The position numbers and the translations under genes were made by a program. A model generated the notes under the pieces. That model saw only the letters and a list, made by a program, of their open reading frames with translations. It ran no database searches and was not told the origin of the DNA. From Centroscyllium fabricii (taxonomy: Eukaryota), in contig JBNRSN020000017.1 of assembly GCA_051313645.2 (NCBI GenBank), positions 32,922,001-32,986,000 of the forward strand: DNA of 64,000 nucleotides. Direction: 5' to 3'. Positions 51,077 through 62,707 of the stretch are shown piece by piece (the stretch's first letter is position 1; every line of letters begins with the position of its first letter).

Positions 51077-52092
51077 TTTAAATCCCCCTTTATGGCCGAA
51101 GCGAGTTTCCCACCCAGAATGCTGATGCCCCTTCGGTTCAGGTGCATGCCGTCCACATCATACCGATCCCACTTTCCCCAGAACGATCCCCAATTGTCCA
51201 CGAATCTCATGCCCTCCCTTACGCACCAATCTTGTAGCCACGCGTTTATTCGCTTTCTTTTTTCATTTTTCCTCCCCCCCTCCCGTGGCACTGGTAGGAT
51301 CCCAGAAATTGTGGCATGATTTGTTTTGCCTCTCAGTTTCCTTCCGAGTTCCTTAAATTCCCTCTTAATGTCTTCCTCTTTTTTCCTCCCTATGTCGTTC
51401 GTACCTATGTGTACCACGACCTGTACCTGTTTGCTCTCCCCGTTTAGAGTGCCGTCAACACGGTCCAAGATGTCTTTGACCTTAGCCCCTGGGAAGCAAC
51501 AAACCATCCTCGAGTCCCTTTTGCTCCCGCAAAACCTCGTTTCCATCCTACTCACCATTGAATCGCCCATCACTATTGCTCTCAGCCTTCCCCCTCCTTC
51601 TTTTTGTACCACCTCTTCTGGTCTGGTCACCGAGTTCTCCTCCTCTCGGTCTCCCCCTGCTCGATCTTCCCCCACTTCATGGTTCAGGACTGTATCCCTG
51701 TTGCCGGGGTGACTGTCCCCTGGGGGCCTCGCCCCATCCTCCCCCTCCCTTCTCTCCGACTCCTGCCTGCCCTTCTGCATGGGTGTATGTACCGTCTCCC
51801 CTGGTTGCTTTGTGCCTCCCTCTGCCTCTTTAATGTTTTTAGGTTCCTCCAGGTTCCTTCCCCTTTCCCCATCCTGGACCTGTTTCTCCTCTGCCTTCCT
51901 CTGGACCTTGAGTTTCTTCAGGTCCTGTTCCAGCCCCCTTACTCTTACTATAAGGCGCTGTAGCTGGTTGCATTTTTTACAAATTCTTCCAGCCTGGCTC
52001 CCCTTCCCCCTCCCCCCTTGGAACATTTTGCAGGAGGAGCATCTTCCCATTTTTCTCATCCATCCCCTCACAGTTCCCATGAAATACTGCAT
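51073..52092 (-). CDS. CR1 ORF1 with N-terminal CxxC motifs, coiled coil and SGNH esterase domain
   Basis: CSSC...CKKC; IVMGDS, CCFPGA, VHIGTND, DGMHLN; ends GDLN*. Confidence 0.9.
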   Translation of the reverse strand: MQYFMGTVRGWMRKMGRCSSCKMFQGGRGKGSQAGRICKKCNQLQRLIVRVRGLEQDLKKLKVQRKAEEKQVQDGERGRNLEEPKNIKEAEGGTKQPGETVHTPMQKGRQESERREGEDGARPPGDSHPGNRDTVLNHEVGEDRAGGDREEENSVTRPEEVVQKEGGGRLRAIVMGDSMVSRMETRFCGSKRDSRMVCCFPGAKVKDILDRVDGTLNGESKQVQVVVHIGTNDIGRKKEEDIKREFKELGRKLRGKTNHATISGILPVPREGGRKNEKRKRINAWLQDWCVREGMRFVDNWGSFWGKWDRYDVDGMHLNRRGISILGGKLASAIKGDLN

Positions 52093-52452
52093 TTAAAGTC
52101 CTACCTTAGTCTGTCTTAAACTTCTATAGTTCACCCCTAAAGGTTAGAGGAGGAGGAAGGGTGGGAGTCACTACCATGTAGTGACTCGGGTTTAGCCTCT
52201 GCTTTCCCTATATACCAATACCAGTATAAAGGCCCCTCCCCTTCCTGTTACCCGTCCCCTCCCCTTCCTGTTTCAATCCCCCCTTAAGTGTCCCCAGTCC
52301 AGAGTTCTGCTTGCCCACAGGGCTGCTCCACGACTCCACGCTGGCTTTTTTAAATAGCCCGCGCTGGCCTCTCTGCTGCTGTTCTCGAGCTCCCACAAGC
52401 AGCGATGAAATGAAATGAATATTCAGTTCATTTGCTTTTGGTGGCATTGTTT

Positions 52453-52861
52453 TAGAAACATAGAAACATAGAAGATAGGAGCAGGAGTAGGCCATTCGGC
52501 CCTTCGAGCCTGCTCCGCCATTCAATGAGATCATGGCTGATCATCCAAACCCAGTACCCCGCCCCTGCCCTCTCCCCATATCGCTCGATCCCTATCGAGC
52601 CTGCACCGACACATATCCCACCCTATCCCCGTAACCCCACATATTTAATCCCCCTAACACTAAGGGTCAATTTATCCTAGCCAATCAACCTAACCCGCAC
52701 ATCTTTGGACTGTGGGAGGAAACCGGAGCACCCGGAGGAAACCCACGCAGACACGGGGAGAATGTGCAAACTCCACACAGATAGTACCCGAGGTTGGATT
52801 TGAACCTGGGTCTCCAGTGCTGTGAGACAACAGTGCTAACCACTGCGCCACTGTGCCGCCC
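52453..52861 (-). mobile_element. HE1-like SINE, tail A
   Basis: Full-length reverse copy. Confidence 0.9.
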
Positions 52862-54654
52862 TACAAGGACCATTTTTGTGGGAAAAATTTTGGTTCAGTC
52901 ACTGGAATAACTCCCTTTGAAATAGTGGAATATGTAAAGCCCATGTGAGAAGGCAGACTTTACCTTGGTTTAGCATTTAATTTGAAGAATGGCACCTCCA
53001 CCAATGGAACACTCACTGCACTGGAGTTCACAAAGAGTTAAATTACAGTAACAAAGTGTTAACAGCACGACCTGTAAATCTCTATTACAAAGAAATATTG
53101 TCCCATAAAAAGGAATTCACTTTTTAATGCACCTTATCTACAATGTGAAACAGAGGCACTGAAAGGATTCTGAAGGTTAACTAGACAGAAAGTATTAACT
53201 CCTTAATCACTAGTGTAGTATCTGCACACCACAACAAAAGTATTAGGAAGATTAAATATTTGCAGCACGTTAATGAAAAGAATAAACTCCAACTCTTTAG
53301 GTTTGCTCTATAATGCTTTGCATTAAAATGTGTAGAGGATAAATCGGTCAATTTTAAGTCATGGAGAATTTGTTAATTGAAAGTCAAGGAGGAAGATAAA
53401 TATGCTAAGGGTTAGTTGGATGCAGTCCAAAAAATGTTAAGGTAAGATAAATGGCAAGTAACCCATATTAAACAACTTCTTTTCATCTTAAAAAGGATTT
53501 CTGATTTCCATTGCTTAATGCCCACAGCCACTATGAGGTCTGGAATTACCCTGTGCTGTAAAACTTAGATAAATAGAGACTCCCTTCCCAGATTCTAATC
53601 TCACTTCGCAAATGTGTATGCATTAATAATAGGTGGTGTGTAGGAAAGTGCAGCATTTCAGCCTCAAGGCACCTATTAAAAAGAGACTTCAGATCATATT
53701 CTTAAGATTTTTATCTGAAGTAAAATGATGAAAAGAGGGAAATCAACATTATTACGTTATTTGTCTGAGTAATCAGGGCTAGGGCCATGCTTTGCATATT
53801 GATTGCAGTTTGTGGGAATGCTGACCGCTAGGGGAATCACCATGGTAACACACCCACAGGCCGACAATCACAACACCACAGTTGTGGTCCTGTAATTAAC
53901 TGCAGCACCCCCGAATCATACAGCATAGAAAACCAAGAAAGAATGTATTGGACGATAAAAGATCATGCTGGAAGTCATTCTGTCATTCTACCTGTATTTC
54001 ATTACCATTAGGTAGTTATATTACTATAATTCAGGCTCTATTTTCCTAAAAAAAATCAAATTCAAAGAAACAATCATTACTGTCTGCCAGGCACTGTTCT
54101 TGCAGGCCTGCCAGTAAATGGTTTACTAAAGTAAAAATATTAGAAATAAAGTATTGTCTGCCAAATAACAGAGCAGTACATTAGCAATGGATCATTGAAT
54201 CCACTCCAGGAAAAAGGTTTCGTTCAGATGCTGCATTAAGCAGACCACAGAAAGTGGTCTGGGTCAAGTTCTGTGGTAATGCTGACTTGCTAAATACTCT
54301 CAACCAATTAAACCCTGAAATATTGGCATATGCAATACATAAATAGTTAAACCTTCCCCTCGTCGAATAAATAAGCTTTTTAGTAAAGTGATTGAAGTGT
54401 TGGTGAAAATTCCCAAGCGAGGGTATTGGTGAAGTTAAAGAACAGCACTGGAATGACACAATAGTGCAAGTCAGTCCTCAAATATACCACGGCAAAAACT
54501 GGTACAACATGGGTTTCAGTCGGGCAAGTTCCTGCTACTTGGGATTACCATCAAAAGAGGTACCCATCTGAGGCTAGGTGCTAAAGAAAGCTCTTGAGTA
54601 CTTCAAACGGGCATCTGTCCATTTTCTTGGTGCAGCAATGGTGGCACTCACTAC

Positions 54655-55449
54655 AGGGATGAGATCCAGCGCCTTGTGGGTTGGTGTGCCGACAACAACC
54701 TGGCACTGAACACCAAGAAAACGAAGGAGATCATAGTGGACTTCCGGAGGACTGGAAGCAGAAGACACACCCCCATCTTCATCCAAGGGGCTGAGGTGGA
54801 AAGGGTGTCCAGCTTCAAGTTCCTCGGAGTCCACATCTCGGAAGATCTCTCCTGGTCACTAAACACCTCCTCTCTGGTTAAGAAGGCCCAACAGCGCCTG
54901 TACTTCCTTAGGAAGCTGAAGAAAGCCAGGCTGGCATCCGGCATCCTCTCCAACTTCTACCGCTGCACAATAGAAAGCATACTGACAAGCTGCATCACTG
55001 TCTGGTATGGTAATTGCACTATCTCGGACCGGAAAACCCTGCAGCGGGTAGTCAAAACTGCCCAACGAATTACCGGTACACAGCTACCGTCAGTGGAAAG
55101 CATCTACCTCAAACGCTGCTTACGAAGGTCTATGAACATTATAAAAGACCCCACACACCCCAGCCACAGTCTGTTCGCCCCTCTGCCCTCCGGGAGACGC
55201 TACAGAGCAATTTGCACCCGCACGACTAGATTTCAGAACAGCTTCTTCCCCAGGGCTGTCAGCCTCCTGATCTCTAAAAAGAAACTCCGGTACCTGCACG
55301 CCTGATAATGAACTTTACTGTATGCAATTTATTTATGTAATTTATTTATTTTGTTTACACTACTCTCGGGAGAGTCGAGTCTTCGTCTCGTTGTATTGTA
55401 CTAGTACTCTGCAATGACAATAAAACTTGAATTGAATTGAATTGAATTG
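54655..55449 (+). mobile_element. Rex1/Babar LINE 3' fragment
   Basis: WCADNNLALNTKKTKEIIVDFRR...FKFLGVHI...KAQQRLYFLRKL; (TTGAA)n tail. Confidence 0.92.
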
Positions 55450-55814
55450 AGGGGGAGCCTATAAAGGAGAAGCCTTTCTTTAAAAATAGGGTTACATATA
55501 AGAAAACTAATGCAAAGGCAACATCGTCCCCTTTTTAGTGAATTCCCAACAATGGTCTGACCAGCCTGCGGGCATCGTGATGATGCCTGGCAGCTCAGGC
55601 AATGCAAATATCTGACTCCGACCCTAAGGCTCATGATAAGGTTAATCTTCATTCCAATTCTTCATTCCAATTTATTTGATGAGTTTGGTCAGTTGTCTGC
55701 TAAACTGCCAGAAAACACGATGGGGGAGCAAAACATTCCATCGCAAGGGAGCAATCATCGGCACTGTCTGACTTTCCCCACGGAATCTCCTTCCCGAGTT
55801 GGCTAATCACAAAA

Positions 55815-56405
55815 ATTCAATTCAATTCAAGTTTTATTGTCATTGCAGAGTACTAGTACAATACAACGAGACGAAGACTCGACGCTCCCGAGATTAGTGC
55901 AAATAAATTACACGCAAATTGCATACAGTAAAGTACATTTTCAGGTGTGCAGGTACCGGAGTTTATTTTTAGAGTTCAGGAGGCTGACAGCCCTGGGGAA
56001 GAAGCTGTTCTTAAATCTAGTCGTGCGGGTGCGAATTGATCTGTAGTATCTCCTGGAGGGCAGGGGGGCGAACAGACTGTGGCTGGGGTGTGTGGGGTCT
56101 TTAATAATGTTCAGAGACCTCCGTAGGCAGCGTTTGAGGTAGATGCTTTCCATTGACGGTAGCTGGGTACCGGTGATTCGTTGGGCAGTTTTGACTACCC
56201 GCTGCAGGGTCTTCCAGTCTGAGATGGTGCAATTTCCATACCAGACTGTGATGCAGCTTGTCAGTATGCTTTCGATTGTGCAGCGGTAGAAGTTGGAGAG
56301 GATGCCGGATGACAGCCTGGCTTTCTTCAGCTACCTTAGGAAGTACAGGTGCTGTTGGGCCTTCTTAACCAGAGAGGAGGTGTTTAGTGACCAGGAGAGG
56401 TCTTC
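55815..56405 (-). mobile_element. Rex1/Babar LINE 3' fragment
   Basis: Reverse copy, tail-to-tail with 54655-55449. Confidence 0.9.
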
Positions 56406-56427
56406 AGTGCCAGGCACTGAGGCTGAT

Positions 56428-58072
56428 AGTATAGAATGGTTACAGCGCAGAAAGAGGCCGTTTGGTCCATCGAACCTGTGCCGGCTCTCTGCAAGAGCAC
56501 TTCAGCCAGTCCCACTCCCCCCGCCCTTTCCCTGTAGCCCTGCAAATTCTTTTCCTTCAGGTACTTATCCAACTCCCTTTTGAAAGCCACGATTGAATCT
56601 GCCTCTACCACCCTCTCAGGCAGTGCATTCCAGATCCTAACCACTCACTGCATAAAAATGTTTTTCCTCATGTCGCCTTTGGTTCTTCTGCCAATCACAT
56701 TAAATTTGTACCCTTCTGGTTCTCGACCCTTCCGCCAATGGGAACAGTTTCTCTCTATCTACTCTGTCCAGACCCCTCATGATTTTAACACCTCTATCAA
56801 ATCTCCTCTCAACCTTTTCTGCTCTTTAGGAGAACCACCCCAGCTTCTCCAGTTTATCCACGTAACTGAAGTCCCTCATCCCTGAAATCGTTCTTGTAAA
56901 TCTTTTCTGCACCCTCTGTAAGGCCTTCACATCTTTCCTAAAGTGTGGTGCCCAGAATTGAACACAGTACTCCAGTTGAGGCCGAACCAGTGTTTTATAC
57001 AGGTTCCTCATAACATCCTTACTTTTGTACTCTATGGGCTGGATTTTGTCAATGGGGAGCTTTTGGAGGCGGAACTCCCACTTTTTGGGTTGTAGTCCCA
57101 CCTCCATCGACTTGTGGCCAACCCACGCTATTTTCCCTTGATTGATCTTGTTAAGCCCGTCCAGCGGGCTCAGCAGGCCAATTAAGGGACACCTGGTTAC
57201 TGATGACATTTCATCTGTCAAGAGCTTTTGACAGATGAAAAATTAGCGTTTGACAGCTCTGTGAAGCTGTCAAACACTGACAATCTGTCTTCTAACTTGA
57301 GTCCTTCTACTCAGACTCAGTTAGAGATCTCTCCAGACCAGAAAGCAGAGGCTGCAGCCTTTGACAGTTCAGCAGCCATTCTGCTTTCTGTGCCGGTGAA
57401 CTGAGAGATTCCCGAGAAGTGAAGGAAGGAATCGTGCAGGAGAAAGTAAAGGGAAGTAAAACTTATTAAAATACTTCACACTTACCTCGCACACTTACCT
57501 CTGCACACATACACCCATCACTCACCTGCACAATGGACATATCGACCCTTCCAATCCCTTCAGACCGACGGTCCACCTCGCTTACTTCGCGTGGTTCGGA
57601 GCCGTCGGGAAGTCCACACTTCAGGGCTAAAAATAGGGATTAGGCAAAAAACTGCCTGTTAACTACCTCTTAACAGGCAGTTAATTGGCACTAATCCTCT
57701 TCCCGCCTCGGGGAGGCGGCTCCCAGCACAGGTCAGATACCCGCCTCCTGGGACATTGGCACGGAGGCGGGTTGGGGGCGGGATCGGTTCCTGCTGCCCG
57801 ATTCTGCAATTTTCTCACCACTCCCGCCTCCAAACCCGCCTCCTTGGGGCTTGAAAATTCAAGCCCTACGCCTTTATTTACGAAGCCCAGGATCCCGTAT
57901 GCTTTTTTAACCACTTTCTCAACCTGCCCAGCCAGATTCAATGATTTGTGCACATATACCCCCAGATCGCTCTGTTCATGCACCCACTTTCGAGTTGTAC
58001 CCTTTAGTTTATATTGCCTCTACTTGTCTTTCCTACCAAAATGTATCACTTCGCACTTTTCTGCGTTAAATG
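56428..58072 (-). mobile_element. CR1 LINE 3' fragment interrupted by a MITE
   Basis: [19 protein letters not shown] (~56940-57020) and DLGVYVHKSL...KAYGILGF (~57870-57985). Confidence 0.85.
57036..57866. mobile_element. Harbinger-like MITE
   Basis: TAT|GGGCTGGATTTT ... AAAATTCAAGCCC|TAC; the CR1 reading resumes after it. Confidence 0.7.
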
Positions 58073-59179
58073 CAAGTCTATGGATCAGACCACAGTGTCC
58101 TGATAGTTAGAAATGAGCAGTCTACAAGGACAGAGGAATGGAGGGAAAGGGGTGAAAACTGGCTGTTTTTTAAAAGTGATTAATTACATTAATGAAAGTC
58201 AAACCTTTTTAACGTGTTTGATTTCTGCAGTAAGTCACCTAAAGCTGCACAGTGAATTGCAAAAAAATCACTCAGACCATACGTCAGGATGGGGTATTGT
58301 ACAATTGTTTCTAATTATGGTTGAGTGTGTAATCTAGGTAAAATATATAGATGAACCAGGAACATTCAATTAAAAAGTAAAATGCAGTGATTAGAAGTCA
58401 TGCACGACATGTAGACAGGCAATGATTGCGGGTACATCCATTTCATAAACATGGTTAAATTACACTAATCAGGTACACATTGGTGAAATGTATTCTGCTT
58501 TTATTCTAATGATTGTGTTTAGTCATTTTAAAACAAAATCAGGGCTCGCAGTATCTGGTGGTGACCTGGCAATTATTGATAATGCTTTTAAAATGCGACA
58601 GCTCTGCAAGCCAAGTACAGCACAGGGGAGTGATGCAGAGACACTGGGTAATGGCAAGATCCTACACCAGAACAAATATGTTAAATACATGTTTTGTACA
58701 ATATGTCAGCTCTAATTGGCCTTGTGATGTGGCATCTTCAGATGGTGCCGGCCTTTGCTGCTCTCACTGTTATTATGGAAGGAAAACATTGGCTGAAGGA
58801 GTACTACGGTTAAATGTGCTCCTCTTTTCCTATGGGAATTCACCTGAGACAGAGGGAGAATCTGAAGCAATGGGTAGATTTTTTAAAGTTATTTATTGTC
58901 AGAGAGATGCCCAAAGCTTGGAAGTTCCTTTGCAAGGTAAGTTTTTCCTTTGTACCATAACATTTTGATTCTGTAAAACCTTAATAGGTTTTAACCCAGG
59001 GATAATGTAACTGAGGCATTCTCCTTGGCATTATCTCTAAGTCAATACCTATTAAGTATACTGTCCACTCCTACTTAATGAACTTTTTATGTATAGGTAA
59101 ATAGGGAATAACTATTTCCACTGGTCAGTGAGTAAGTAACTAGAGGACATACTTGAAGACCAGCACCAAAAGAAAACGT

Positions 59180-59836
59180 TGCAGGAAAGGATGCCCCGGG
59201 GCATGGTACATCGGCGAGACCATGCAGACACTGCGACAACGGATGAACGGACACCACGCAACAATCGCCAGGCAGGAGTGTTCCCTCCCAGTCGGGGAAC
59301 ACTTCAGCAGTCAAGGACATTCAGCCTCCGATCTTCGGGTAAGCATTCTCCAAGGTGGCCTTCGAGACACACGACAACGCAAAATCGTCGAGCAGAGGCT
59401 GATAGCCAAGTTCCGCACCCATGAGCATGGCCTCAACCGTGATATTGGATTTATGTCGCGCTACATGTAACCCCGCCTGACGTAGAGTCATCCAGACTCA
59501 AATCATCTTTGGCTTGTTCTGCGATTTTCAGTAAGGAAAATCGTTTTTTTTTAATCATTCTGTGGGATTTTCACAGACAGCAGACTGTAACATTTGACCC
59601 TTTGTGACTGCACCCTTTGATCTCAGGCTGACTGATATGTTAGAACACCTTTGATTGCTTTGATGTCCCTCAGCTGAGGTGTGATGTGAAACAGTTGGAG
59701 AGACCACATTGTTCTCTCTCTGTGCTATGTTTAAATGAATCTCATCACTTCGCCTGAGGAAGGAGCAGCGCTCCGAAAGCTTGTGATTTCAAATAAAACT
59801 GTTGGACTATAACCTGGTGTTGTGTGACTTCTTACA
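59180..59836 (+). mobile_element. Penelope-like element 3' fragment with GIY-YIG endonuclease
   Basis: CRKGCPGAWYIGETMQTLRQRMNGH...PVGEHF...EQRLIAKFRTHEHGLN; terminus ...AATAAAACTGTTGGACTATAACCTGGTGTTG. Confidence 0.88.
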
Positions 59837-60129
59837 AAAGAATGAAGGGAGAGGCCAGGAGAATGTGTTTCTTTTAATTAGCATTGTTAAGACATGAAAT
59901 ATCCCACCAGAAACAGCAATTGAAGCAAAATCTATTACAGCTTTTAAAAGGGAAGTGAATAAATGTTTGGAAAAAAAGAAGAATTTAAAAAGATAAAGGA
60001 ATCGGGCAAGGAAATGGGATTAAGTGGTTAGCTCATTCAGAAAGCCGGTACAGCGATGGACCGAATAGCCTCCTTGTGTGCTGTAGAATGCTATGATTCT
60101 ATTTGGAAGTGTCTTTTTACATTCCATCT

Positions 60130-60891
60130 CACGGTGGCATAGTGGTTAGCACTGTTGCCTCACAGCGCCAGGGGCCCGGGTTCAAATCCGGCCTCGGGTG
60201 ACTATCTGTGAGGAGTTTGCACATTCTCCCCGTGTCTGCGTGGGTTTCCTCCGGGTGCTCCGGTTTCCTCCCACAGTCCAAAGATGTGCGGGTTAGGTTG
60301 ATTGGCCATGATAAATTGACCCTTAGTGTTAGGGGGATTGAATATGTGGGGTTACGGGCAGGGCCGGCTCAAGGTATTTGGGGGCCCCAAACAAGGTATT
60401 TTGGGGGCCCCAAACAAGGTATTTTGGGGGCCCCAAACAAGGTATTTGGGGGCCCCAAACAAGGTATTTTGGGGGCCCCAAACAAGGTATTTGGGGGCCC
60501 CAAACAAGGTATTTTGGGGGCCCCAAACAAGGTATTTTGGGGGCCCTTTCTGTTTGTGTCTGTAGATATGTGTGCACAAGCACAAGGGGGGCTTCTTCTG
60601 CCGGCACTAAAACCTACTGTACCCAGTATATAATTATGCACCAGTTATGTACCAGTACATTGTGCACAATATTGTGCAGGGGCAATGTATGTCTATCATG
60701 GGCTATAATTTAAGAATGAAAACACTTAGGCCTATGAGGGGCCCTCTCAAATCGGGGGCCCTAAACAAATGTTTACATCGTTTATATGGTAGGGCCGGCC
60801 CTGGTTACGGGGATAGGGTGGGATGTGTGTCGGTGCAGGCTCGATGGGCCGAAATGGCCTCTATCTGCACTGTAGGGATTCTATGATTCTA
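60130..60891 (+). mobile_element. HE1-like SINE, tail B, interrupted
   Basis: Body breaks at 60358 and resumes at 60804. Confidence 0.9.
60359..60803. mobile_element. Non-autonomous hAT transposon with a 22-23-bp tandem array
   Basis: TIR CAGGGCCGGC; perfect 8-bp TSD GTTACGGG (60351-60358, 60804-60811); ~8 copies of AAGGTATTT(T)GGGGGCCCCAAAC. Confidence 0.92.
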
Positions 60892-61694
60892 CGATTTATT
60901 CGCAAATGAGCATCACCAGAGTGGATCGGCAAAAGTAACCAGTTAACCAGTCTTTCAATGCGAGCTTCATAAGCATTTTAGGATCATTTTCAGAGAAAAT
61001 GTTAGAGTGATGGTTCTCCTGTTGAAGTATATGCTGCAGTGTTGGTGAGACTATGTCAAAGGTCATCAATATTTAAGAATTCTGTGGCATAAGCTTAATA
61101 ATGCAGATACTTCGTCAAAATTTCCATAAATTCTGCAAATGCTTCAGTGTAGACTTTGACCTAAAGTGAAATGCTGGTTGGGTTTGCCTGATTCCTGGAC
61201 TATCCTAAAGGAGACAGTGTGTTAGTTTTAGCAATGTCAGTAAGCAATCCTTCGAAACACTTGGACAGACCTCACCAGTGCCATAGCAAGGATTTTACCA
61301 GCAACATCAGGCAAATGCCTTATTTGTAAGAATTGTGGAGAATTCAGGAAAATTAGTCTATAAACCTATGTCAATAAAAATATCAACACGATTGAAAAAG
61401 AGTGAAAAGGCCAATACCCGGAGGCATTTCATTTTCAAGTACATGTGGTTATATCAACATCTGGTGGTGATGTCATGTAAATAGTTCAATATTAGTAAGT
61501 GTTATTGGATTTTATTTAGAGAACAATGAAAACCATACACCTTACAAACACAGCAGACTGAAATAAATACATTAAATAAAAGCAAACCATAATTTTTATT
61601 CGTACTTCAGTTAGCATTATTATGTCATTGCATTAGTAATGTCACTCATATGTGTAACATGTGCAGATGCCGGTGAGAAATGTTGCCAAACTCA

Positions 61695-61810
61695 AAGGCT
61701 CAGCGGCTAAATGTACCATCTCACGAAGTGCTGTCACATAGATTAGGGAAATTGCTGATTTGATCCTTGGTCTGTGTTAAATTAATTGGTCCCAACTAGG
61801 ATGGTAAAGG
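61695..61810 (+). mobile_element. Highly decayed LF-SINE-like fragment
   Basis: GGCTCAGCGGCTAAATGTAC...TTTGATCCTTGGTCTGTGTTAAATTAATTGGTCCCAACT resembles the LF-SINE head as recalled; not verified. Confidence 0.35.
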
Positions 61811-62707
61811 TGCTTCTGCTGCCCCTGTGCTAAGAAGAGTACAAGTAGCTCGATCACCATGCACTCATTCATGCCGCAAAATGCGTGCGTATGAATGTTG
61901 AGTTGGCTGCAATGTAAACCATTGGCACATTGTTTACTGAATGGCAACTCGGGCAAGGTACTTGGAGGACTGCTAGCATCCTGGAACCAAACCCCGACAC
62001 GTGTCACTGCATTTCAATAAAAGTGGAAGAAAATTGGCAAAGCAGAAAAGAAAGCCATTGCTTAATGGGTTTTGGCTGCTAATTTCACTGCCAACAAATC
62101 ACAAGTGTGAAAGTCACAAATCGAAAATGGTAGTTAATACATTCATTAGTGTTAACTTGAGGTTTAAGATTGCCTTGGGAGGCATGCACAGATCAAAAGA
62201 AATATCCCACCTTTGATTGTGTTTAAGACATTCTTTCATTCGCAGGAACATGTCAATACGCAAGTGATAGTCTGAAAATGTCACATCATCATTAAAACCC
62301 TTCCCCTGTGGCACATATCTACCCCTGATTAGGCGCACTGGGTGACTACTCCCAGGGCTCTGACGAAGCTGCTAGGGTGTGTGTGTTAGACTGACATGTG
62401 TTGACTTACCATTGGATTTGCTCTCTCTTTCTCCCTGTGGAGAAGTATCTTCCCCTCTGCTTAACACCTTCTAGTCGACTGTTTGGAAAGCAATGGAAAA
62501 TAAAACCGTATCACCGCTGGCACAGCGTAGTTCAATGGTATTTAACCTGTGTAAAAGATCAGTATAGTTCATCCACGCTGTCCTTTGCTCATTAGTAAGC
62601 AGTGACGAGTACTGATCTGCTGCAGTATCAGTTTAAGATTTATTACATTCCCGATAGCATAAAACTTGAATATTAAGGATATGTTCAAGTCTTGAAATAT
62701 AGGCGAT

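Larger units (their letters stand above)
48109..52390 (-). mobile_element. Full-length CR1 LINE with two intact ORFs
   Basis: 5' UTR, ORF1, ORF2, short 3' UTR and (TTCTATG)n tail; strongly purine-rich sense strand. Confidence 0.93.
47485..53030 (-). mobile_element. Old DeuSINE-like SINE broken into pieces by three later insertions
   Basis: Collinear fragments at 47485-47519, 48010-48108, 52390-52452 and ~52862-53030 match 40181-41004. Confidence 0.5.

Noticed and set aside
58488-58968. 151-aa ORF near a GTAAGT donor-like site
   Set aside because: No domain similarity or partner exons; cannot be supported without transcript data.
60371-60547. CRISPR-like short repeat array
   Set aside because: Units are contiguous with no unique spacers, lie in a eukaryotic hAT element, and there are no cas genes.
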